18,871 bases of DNA. Origin: Nitrosospira multiformis ATCC 25196 (GTDB taxonomy: Bacteria; Pseudomonadota; Gammaproteobacteria; Burkholderiales; Nitrosomonadaceae). Each line of letters begins with the position of its first letter. Within the stretch, counting starts at the first letter, position 1. The notes below the pieces were generated by a model, which saw only the letters and a list, made by a program, of their open reading frames with translations, was not told the DNA's origin and searched no databases. The DNA is taken from contig NC_007615.1 of NCBI RefSeq assembly GCF_000196355.1, forward strand, positions 1 to 18,871. The letters run 5' to 3'. The position numbers and the translations under genes were made by a program. Below are positions 13,801 through 18,871 of this stretch, one piece after another.

Positions 13801-15696
13801 ATAGATGTTCTGCCCATAGGTGAAATGATGGGTACCATAGGGTGTCGTCATTTCATTGATGAGCCCCCCCGTATCGTATTTGAAGGAGGAAGTAATGCCG
13901 ATCACATCGGTGATCGAGGCGAGACGTCTGTTTGTGTCGTATGTCAGTTCGGCACGGCGTCCGAATGGATCGGTTATTCCGGTTACGAGCAGGGGATTGG
14001 CAGGGAACTCATAACTGAAGATGGTGTTGCGGCCAGTGGCATCCGTGAGCGATACCAGGCGCAACTGATTGTCATAATTGAACGTTAGCGCGTTACCCGA
14101 AGGATCGATTATTTGGCTTAAGAACATGCGGCGCGGGTATACGGTTGCGCCATCGCTCTGGGCGAATACCTGCTTGCTTCCATCGGGCATGCGCAATTCA
14201 TAGGAAGTGGCGGGACCGGTGGCGGGTATGCGAACCAGCACTGCCTGACCCTGACGTTCAGGCGAGAACGCGCCGGATGCCGTTGAATAGCTGTAGCCGA
14301 TCGAATAATCCACCGATCCCCCGCCTGCCGCATAGCGCAGAACTGAGCGGCCCGGCGAGTCGGGAGTATCCTGAACCCAGGACAGCACGTTCAGTGTCCA
14401 TTTGGGGCTGATATTGAAAAAGCTGAAATTGGCTGGCTGGCTGGCTTCGCGCTGATTGTAGGTCAGGCTGATTTTGGCGGAAGGCCCCTTCGGCGGCTGG
14501 TACCCGACCGGAACGTCGCTTAAGTTCAGGCTCACCAGCATCATTTTAGCGTTCACTACACACATGGCTGGTGGTGACGCTGCGGAGCCAGTGAGAGGAA
14601 CAGGGCCTTTTGGATTGGAGCAGGTCAAGTTGCTATCAAGCTTCTGTGTCGTACCGGGCTGATTAACACTTGTCTGTCCCATTCCATAGATACGCCTTGC
14701 CTCTTCAGGAGTGGCCATACGCCAGGACGCAACTTTCTGGGTTCCAGCCGGAACCAGGAAATACCCGCTTGCCTCCGCATCGATGGCCTCCTTGGTGAGC
14801 CAGGCATCCCCGCTTGCGAAGGTGGGATCCTGGACATGGTAGAGGCCGTTCTGCTCACCGATGATGGCAGCATAATGATTCAGTTTCCAGTTCACCACTG
14901 AGGGGACGGGGATGGGCTGTCCGGGAGCACGGAAAATCAGCCGATGAGGTACGTTGGCCTTGCTTGCCAGCTCCGATACCTGGGCAAGCGTGTAGCCATG
15001 CGGACCTGAGCGCGCCGCATCCATGATGGCGATTTTTGCCGGATCGGCCTGGGCCGAGACCAGCAGACTCTTGAGCGCCATGGGACCGCAAAGGTAAGCC
15101 TTGTCGTACTCGTTTCGGAACATCCACAGGCTTTCATGAGCGTCCGTGATCAATTCCGTGGCGGGACCGCTGATGGGCCGGTCCTTGATATCGGCAAGCA
15201 GTTTTTCAAGCTCGTCCGCATGTCCCAGGCGGGAGTGCATGCGCATCAGCTCCCCCATGGCGCGGTCTGCCAGCATCTTGCCCATAGGATTATCGGCGGG
15301 ACGAGTTCTTTCCGTCTGCCAGGCCCGCTCCCACGCATTTATCGCCCTGGAGAAATAGCCCTGGCGGTAATAGGCAAGCCCCAGATTGGCGAGAATCCCG
15401 ACATTCCATCCCGAGCGCGGATACTCTTTAAGGAAAGTCTCGAATACGGCCAGATCTTCAAAAGACGACTGGCTGCGATGGGTGGAGATGGCTTCCGCGA
15501 GGGCCCGGTCTTCCTTCGGCGTGGTTCCATACATGGGAACCAGAGGCTCCTCGAATCCATCCACCTTGAGAAGCGGAAGAGGCGCGGGGTTTTCTGGAGG
15601 GGCGGCATGGAGGAGAGGGCTTGCCAGCAAAAGCAGCGTGGCAAAAAGAGAGGGAATGAAACGGGAAACGGCCATACTGGACCAGAGGCGAGCCAT
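10897..15696 (-). CDS. rhs: Secreted RHS/YD-repeat polymorphic toxin (1599 aa)
   Basis: Dozens of YD repeats are present (for example YTYNSDGQVTGVTDALGQTTRYAYDGLGRLISITNPDN). The RHS-associated core ends FRAYDPKTAKWLSRDPIGEKGGLNLYGYVGGNPINMIDPLGL. The N-terminus is a signal peptide. An AGGAG RBS lies 5 nt upstream of the ATG at 15696. Confidence 0.95.
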   Translation of the reverse strand: MARLWSSMAVSRFIPSLFATLLLLASPLLHAAPPENPAPLPLLKVDGFEEPLVPMYGTTPKEDRALAEAISTHRSQSSFEDLAVFETFLKEYPRSGWNVGILANLGLAYYRQGYFSRAINAWERAWQTERTRPADNPMGKMLADRAMGELMRMHSRLGHADELEKLLADIKDRPISGPATELITDAHESLWMFRNEYDKAYLCGPMALKSLLVSAQADPAKIAIMDAARSGPHGYTLAQVSELASKANVPHRLIFRAPGQPIPVPSVVNWKLNHYAAIIGEQNGLYHVQDPTFASGDAWLTKEAIDAEASGYFLVPAGTQKVASWRMATPEEARRIYGMGQTSVNQPGTTQKLDSNLTCSNPKGPVPLTGSAASPPAMCVVNAKMMLVSLNLSDVPVGYQPPKGPSAKISLTYNQREASQPANFSFFNISPKWTLNVLSWVQDTPDSPGRSVLRYAAGGGSVDYSIGYSYSTASGAFSPERQGQAVLVRIPATGPATSYELRMPDGSKQVFAQSDGATVYPRRMFLSQIIDPSGNALTFNYDNQLRLVSLTDATGRNTIFSYEFPANPLLVTGITDPFGRRAELTYDTNRRLASITDVIGITSSFKYDTGGLINEMTTPYGTHHFTYGQNIYENSRFLEMTDPMGFTERLEFRHFASGIPNGDPVAPAGMGILNGFLYYRNTFHWDKHLYAITHTDYTQARIIHWLHNPAGQTSPIIESSKQPLERRVWNTYPGQGNSIMEGTAGTPIAIGRVLDDGSTQARRFTYNSIGKPLTAIDPTGRKTSFTYASNDIDLTSIQQTTGSGQATLAAFTYNSQHLPLTATDAAGKTTSYTYNSDGQVTGVTDALGQTTRYAYDGLGRLISITNPDNAVQHSFTYDAFDRVATATDSEGHTLAYEYDALDRVTQILYPDGTSTLNTYDLLDLVETKDRMGRATSYSYDANRRMTSMTDPAGQTTSYSYYRNGVLRSITDGNGNMTRWDIDIQSRPIAKVYADDSRETYAYDSASRLISVTDALGQTRQYGYTKDDRLAALSYANAISPTPGVSFAYDPYFPRRTTMTDGAGTTQFQYGAVGSLGALKLTGENGPYTNDEISYQYDALGRMTSRKVDTITESFAYDRLDRVTQHTNPLGSFNFSYLGQTGQLLSQQAGAVGTQWGYEDNTHDRRLKSITNSGLARGFHYATTPENQISTLTETAGGAAQKSWHYAYDGADRLLSAQPSSGGSFSYGYDAADNLTSLNGALTHYNTVNQLTSFNSESFSYDANGNLKDDGVRTYQWDAENRLLSISYKNDPSKATTFRYDGMGRRLAIVENNGGAITETRHLWCGATLCQARTAGDVVTRRYYPQGMAIPQGGTLLYYGTDHLGSVRDVMAAQNGAKVASYDYDPYGNQIAGSGRISVDFRYAGMFYHQQSGLYLTNFRAYDPKTAKWLSRDPIGEKGGLNLYGYVGGNPINMIDPLGLRALPWILGGASSDIATPDPSDIAWQKWAGWAILITGATIYDACSGNSESKTAQNKTAQPPICPPCNPPQGTQCYEPDTGHTHNGWDPHYHIWSRGQNPNTCQCYWNRGSGSKGTTQFPPVAPVGKEEIKDCGNYTTWPHQ
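10900..11319 (-). other. 140-aa variable C-terminal toxin tip of the RHS protein (unassigned family)
   Basis: The tip comprises a hydrophobic segment WAGWAILITGATIY, then the Cys/His cluster CPPCNPPQGTQCYEPDTGHTHNGWDPHYHIWSRGQNPNTCQCYW. The region is AT-richer than the YD core. Confidence 0.7.
11320..11334 (-). other. DPLGL motif marking the RHS core / toxin-tip boundary
   Basis: The reverse complement of 11320-11334 is GATCCTTTAGGTCTG, encoding D-P-L-G-L. This is the conserved PxxxxDPxGL demarcation of RHS proteins. Confidence 0.9.
14749..15114 (-). other. C39-like (papain-fold) cysteine peptidase domain within the RHS N-terminal region
   Basis: YLC203GPMALKSLL ... WKLNH274YAAIIGEQNGLYHVQD290P has the CG...HY..(hydrophobic)...DP spacing typical of peptidase C39 and C39-like domains. 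It is preceded by TPR-like helices (NLGLAYYRQGYFSRAINAWERAW). Confidence 0.55.
15604..15696 (-). other. Sec-type signal peptide of the RHS protein
   Basis: MARLWSSMAVSRFIPSLFATLLLLASPLLHA/APPENP has a basic n-region, a hydrophobic core and an AxA-like cleavage site (LHA). Confidence 0.7.
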
Positions 15697-15806
15697 GCGT
15701 TCTCCTGAAAGAATGTCTGGAATTCCGACCGCATCCTTGAAACAGGGAGGCGGCCTGATCTACATCGTCATGCTGAAACCTTTTGAAACCTTGTTGCCGG
15801 TAATAC

Positions 15807-16472
15807 TCATGCCTTGACTTTCCTGCGGCGCAGAGCCCACGCTCCCGCCCCTCCCAAACAGAGCAAGGCGAGGCTTGAAGGCTCAGGTAGCGGGTTGGGC
15901 GGTGGCGTGGTCGAACCTGGTGCGAAGGTCAGGTTATCCAGTGTGAATTGCGTGCAGTTCACTGTGCCGCACTGGAACGGGTCCGTTGTGGAGCCAGTTG
16001 CAGCCGCGAAGAAATTCAGTTCGTTGATGCCGGTGAAGCCAAAGTTTACAAACAGGGGAGCAGCCGTATCGAGGGTCAGGGTTGTTGTGAACAGCAAAGT
16101 TCCATTCAGCCTGCCCTGCACCGTGAGGCTCAGATCATCGTAATAGCCGGAACCCAGATAAGCGCTAACAAAGTCGAAGGGATCGTCGGCTTCTATTTTG
16201 CCGATAACGGGAGTAACGATCGGGCCGAACGACTCACCCCCGCTATAGGCGGCATTATCGGGGGAGACAATGCCGTTATTGAATCCGGGAAAGCCGGGAA
16301 TGCTCGTATAGGCCGAGAAATTAGTCCAGGTGAAACCCTGATAAGGGCTCAGGGTATCCAGAACCAGATCGCCGCCTGAAGCGTCAAGATCATCGAAATT
16401 GACGATGGCGGCAGAAGCAAGGGAAATCTGGGAAAGCAGGAGGGTGGCAGTAAAAGCGATTTTGGAAAACAT
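15807..16472 (-). CDS. PEP-CTERM sorting-domain protein (221 aa)
   Basis: The signal peptide is MFSKIAFTATLLLSQISLASA. The C-terminus PLPEPSSLALLCLGGAGAWALRRRKVKA has a PEP motif, a TM helix and an Arg/Lys cluster. The body has the FDDL...YQGFTWTNF pattern common in PEP-CTERM proteins. A GGAGGAG RBS is present. Confidence 0.88.
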   Translation of the reverse strand: MFSKIAFTATLLLSQISLASAAIVNFDDLDASGGDLVLDTLSPYQGFTWTNFSAYTSIPGFPGFNNGIVSPDNAAYSGGESFGPIVTPVIGKIEADDPFDFVSAYLGSGYYDDLSLTVQGRLNGTLLFTTTLTLDTAAPLFVNFGFTGINELNFFAAATGSTTDPFQCGTVNCTQFTLDNLTFAPGSTTPPPNPLPEPSSLALLCLGGAGAWALRRRKVKA

Positions 16473-16657
16473 TATTATTCTCCTCCAAACTCTTATTCTA
16501 GAGTTTGAGTATACGCCTGTTTCAGCTTCTCCTTGTCGAATTTTTTATTAACTGATTGGGTCAATAGTGACGCAATTTTGTTTCTTAAAAAAGCGTAAGA
16601 ATCTATAAGGTTTTTCTCATTCTAGCTAATGCAATTTTTCAACATTCCATATTGAGT

Positions 16658-16686
16658 TTGACATTAGATAGCTATCTAAATATTAT
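16658..16686 (+). promoter_or_regulatory. Near-consensus sigma70 promoter of the parA / partner / rep operon
   Basis: TTGACA (16658-16663), exactly 17 nt, then TATTAT (16681-16686). The spacer is almost entirely the 16-bp palindrome TTAGATAGCTATCTAA (16664-16679). Confidence 0.6.
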
Positions 16687-16751
16687 AAATAGCTAGATAG
16701 CTATTAAGAAACATTTATGCTGTGGATAGCTATCTAGCTATTTAGATATCC
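16664..16751. repeat. Phased GATAGCTAT repeats / palindromes: candidate par operator and centromere
   Basis: GATAGCTAT occurs at 16667-16675, 16696-16704 and 16725-16733, exactly 29 bp apart. The copies sit within TTAGATAGCTATCTAA, ATAGCTAGATAGCTAT and GGATAGCTATCTAGCTATTTAGATATCC. The array lies directly upstream of parA. Confidence 0.55.
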
Positions 16752-16774
16752 AAACAGTTATAAGGAACTTTATC

Positions 16775-17470
16775 ATGCCAACCATAGTTTTTGCTTCCAG
16801 TAAGGGCGGGGCGGGAAAAACCACTGCCGCAATCATTCTGGCATCCGAATTTGCAAGACAGGGGGCAGCAGTCACGCTTATTGATGCCGACCCCAACCAG
16901 CACAGCGCGAAATGGGCATTAAAACTGGGCTGCCCTGCGAATATCTCTCTTGTGGAGAATACAAACGAAGAAAGCATTATTGAAGACATCGAGGAGGCCG
17001 AGGCAAAAACCGCTTTTGTCCTGGTTGACCTGGAAGGAACGGCAAGCATGGCGGTAGCAAGCGCCATAAGCCGCGCTGATCTGGTTATTACCCTGTGTCA
17101 GGGTTCACAGGATGATGCCGATGAAGCAGCAAAAACCATCAAGCTTATCAAGCGGCAATCTAAACTCCTGCAACGCCCCATCAATTTTTCTGTTCTGATG
17201 ACCCGTACCAATCCGGCCATTACCCCGCGAACGCTACGCCATATCATGGGCGAGTTTGAAGCGGCGGGAGTGCATATTTTTACAACCAGCCTCATTGACC
17301 GTGAAGCCTTTCGCGCTATGCGCTCTTTCGGCGGCACCGTAAATGATTTGAATCCGAAAGAGGTTTCCGGCATTGAGAAGGCAGCTCAGAATGTCCGCGA
17401 GCTGGCTAAGGAGGTTATAGCCAGGCTGAAAGAAGGGCAGAAGCAGGAAAGGATTAGCGCACATGGGTAA
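16775..17470 (+). CDS. parA: ParA-family partition ATPase
   Basis: The deviant Walker A SSKGGAGKTT is at the N-terminus. The TLIDADPNQ and VLVDLEG motifs are present, and the 231-aa size is typical of plasmid ParA. Confidence 0.92.
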   Translation: MPTIVFASSKGGAGKTTAAIILASEFARQGAAVTLIDADPNQHSAKWALKLGCPANISLVENTNEESIIEDIEEAEAKTAFVLVDLEGTASMAVASAISRADLVITLCQGSQDDADEAAKTIKLIKRQSKLLQRPINFSVLMTRTNPAITPRTLRHIMGEFEAAGVHIFTTSLIDREAFRAMRSFGGTVNDLNPKEVSGIEKAAQNVRELAKEVIARLKEGQKQERISAHG

Positions 17471-17816
17471 GGAACGCGCGGGCCTGGACTTGGGCGAGGA
17501 TCTCGATTTAACCGTCTTCACCCCAAAAACACACACGCGGCACGATAGCGAGGAAGAAAAATACGCCATCAAGCAGTCGGCGGAGCAAAGCGGGTTTATC
17601 AGCCGCGAACCCCGAATCCGCCGCCGCAAACCAGTAAGCCCCTACAAAATCCAGTTGAATCTGAAAGTCCGTGATGGGATAAAGGAGCTTTTTCAGGATT
17701 TGGGTGAACGTTTGCATGTTCACGATAAAACAGTTTTTGAAAGAGCCTTGCTTGCCCTACTTGAAAAGGAAGGGCAAAGCGATTTGTTACAGCGCTATAG
17801 AGAAATTGTGAAGTGA
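17463..17816 (+). CDS. Small ParA partner protein (putative centromere-binding ParB/ParG-like adaptor)
   Basis: The gene overlaps parA by 8 nt (ATGGGTAA). The 117-aa protein has a basic central region (REPRIRRRKP) and a C-terminal segment compatible with a ribbon-helix-helix (KIQLNLKVRDGIKELFQDLGERL...FERALLALL). Function is inferred from position. Confidence 0.5.
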   Translation: MGKERAGLDLGEDLDLTVFTPKTHTRHDSEEEKYAIKQSAEQSGFISREPRIRRRKPVSPYKIQLNLKVRDGIKELFQDLGERLHVHDKTVFERALLALLEKEGQSDLLQRYREIVK

Positions 17817-17829
17817 AAGGATAAAGGAA

Positions 17830-18870
17830 ATGCCAAAAAAGAAAACGCTCGTAGCAGTACCCTCAGCAGTACCCCCTCGCGCGCCTATAAAAAGCCTTCA
17901 ATATGACCTGTTCTCGCTGTTTGTCACTAATGAACCCAATTCAGTATCAAATACGATTGAACTATGGGACTGCATCCCAAAATATTTTTTCACCCCCAAG
18001 CAGGTAGAAAAACTGCGGACAGCAGACGGGCTGGCAAAGCCTTACAAATGGGAATATTCCTATAACGGCCTGCCATGCGCGGTAAAAATACAGCCAGCCC
18101 TGATAGAAGAAGAGGACGGAAATTTTAAAGCGTATTTTCCAAGCGTGACTGAGGAGCTTGTAGAAGAAGCCCTGAAAAAGATTTTTACCGACAAGCATTA
18201 CGGTACTCACGATCCGCAAAATTCTGAAAGCTGGGTCAAATTTTCATTAAGCATGCTTTACCGCGAACTCATGACCAGGGGCCGAAGCCGCAGCTATAAG
18301 GAGATTAAACGCGCCATCGAGGTCATGAATAAATGCAACATAGCCTTTTACAAGGATGGAAAAGAGCTTTGGAGTGGCGCCATACTTCAGGACCTGGTGA
18401 CAGTAGACCGCAAGGAGTATATCGCCGATACCGACTCCCACCATATAGCGCGATTGCCACTGTTTATATCCCACGCCATTAACCAGCTCGAATACCGCCA
18501 GTTCAACTATAACCGCCTGATGAGCTGCAACGAGCAGTTGGCGCGTTGGATTTACAAACGGTTAATTAACCGCTTCCGCCAAGCCAGTTTCATAAATGAA
18601 TACCATTTCATGTATTCCGATATTGAGCAATCGAGCGGCTTACTACAGCAAGGCCGAGAAACCGACAATCGAAAAAAAGTTATATCTTCTCTGGAAGAGT
18701 TACAAAAATGCGGGATTCTGATGAGATATGAAACCGATGAACGAAAAGAAGGCCGCAAAGTTATCGATATTAAATATACGCTCTACGCCGGTTCAGATTT
18801 TATCGGGGAACAAAAAGCAGCTAATAAACGGGCAAGCGATGCAGAGCTGAGTATGCCTGTGGATAAGTAG
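17830..18870 (+). CDS. repA: Plasmid replication initiator (iteron-binding Rep)
   Basis: This is the last gene of the par-rep operon, and its stop is followed across the window junction by the iteron array. The N-terminal pattern DLFSLF...NTIELWDCIPKYFF and the 346-aa size resemble TrfA/RepA-type initiators. The family assignment is not verified. Confidence 0.7.
   Translation: MPKKKTLVAVPSAVPPRAPIKSLQYDLFSLFVTNEPNSVSNTIELWDCIPKYFFTPKQVEKLRTADGLAKPYKWEYSYNGLPCAVKIQPALIEEEDGNFKAYFPSVTEELVEEALKKIFTDKHYGTHDPQNSESWVKFSLSMLYRELMTRGRSRSYKEIKRAIEVMNKCNIAFYKDGKELWSGAILQDLVTVDRKEYIADTDSHHIARLPLFISHAINQLEYRQFNYNRLMSCNEQLARWIYKRLINRFRQASFINEYHFMYSDIEQSSGLLQQGRETDNRKKVISSLEELQKCGILMRYETDERKEGRKVIDIKYTLYAGSDFIGEQKAANKRASDAELSMPVDK
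18858..18866. promoter_or_regulatory. DnaA box (TGTGGATAA) inside the last codons of rep
   Basis: Exact 9-mer in the same orientation as the three boxes at 179, 322 and 387. It lies 12 bp upstream of iteron 1 once the sequence is circularised. Confidence 0.5.
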
Positions 18871-18871
18871 C

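Noticed and set aside
11171-15708. Many long plus-strand ORFs antisense to the rhs gene (for example 12322-13437 at 371 aa and 15136-15708 at 190 aa)
   Set aside because: They lie entirely inside the well-supported minus-strand RHS CDS. Their translations are low-complexity (G/R/P/A-rich) with no motifs. They are the expected artefact of a GC-rich repetitive gene with few antisense stop codons.
1-18871. Transposon or IS content, T6SS/PAAR/VgrG partners for the RHS protein, tRNA or rRNA genes
   Set aside because: No transposase-like ORF, terminal inverted repeats, PAAR or VgrG motifs, or tRNA-like cloverleaf or rRNA-like sequence was recognised anywhere in the window.

Overview
The 18,871-bp window reads as a complete, circularly permuted small mobilizable plasmid from a Gram-negative host. 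The last gene, an iteron-type Rep initiator (17830-18870), runs straight into the start of the window, where seven exact 19-bp iterons, an A/T-rich stretch and co-oriented DnaA boxes form oriV. The order along the window is as follows. (1) oriV (1-420). (2) An inverted-repeat-rich candidate oriT. (3) A tightly packed six-gene mob operon: MobC, a MOBQ-like relaxase, two unknown small proteins, a TraG/VirD4-like coupling ATPase with no membrane anchor, and a 4-TM protein. (4) A ParE/Phd TA pair. (5) A HigB(Gp49)/HigA-like TA pair. (6) A decayed phd-like fragment and an orphan XRE antitoxin-like gene. (7) An AT-richer monocistronic 477-aa protein whose C-terminus carries a RecB/Cas4-type PD-(D/E)xK plus QxxxY nuclease signature behind about 340 aa of unrecognisable sequence. 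(8) A tyrosine recombinase preceded by a perfect 20-6-20 lox-like palindrome. (9) On the minus strand, a PEP-CTERM protein, then a 1599-aa secreted RHS/YD-repeat polymorphic toxin, then a translationally coupled AT-rich putative immunity gene. The RHS protein has a signal peptide, a TPR-like region, a C39-like Cys peptidase domain, a YD shell, a DPLGL boundary and a 140-aa Cys/His-rich tip I cannot place in any family. (10) A parA / small partner / rep operon driven by a near-consensus promoter embedded in phased GATAGCTAT repeats. I see no rRNA, tRNA, CRISPR array, transposase or mating-pore genes. Almost all non-backbone capacity is devoted to conflict functions (TA modules, the nuclease, the RHS toxin). 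The best candidates for something undescribed are the 477-aa nuclease, the RHS architecture with its tip and immunity pair, and the split coupling-protein module. The PEP-CTERM protein implies a host with an exosortase. The length and content match my unverified recollection of a small plasmid of an ammonia-oxidising betaproteobacterium (Nitrosospira); treat that as a hypothesis only. All product calls come from motif recognition by eye; no searches were run.
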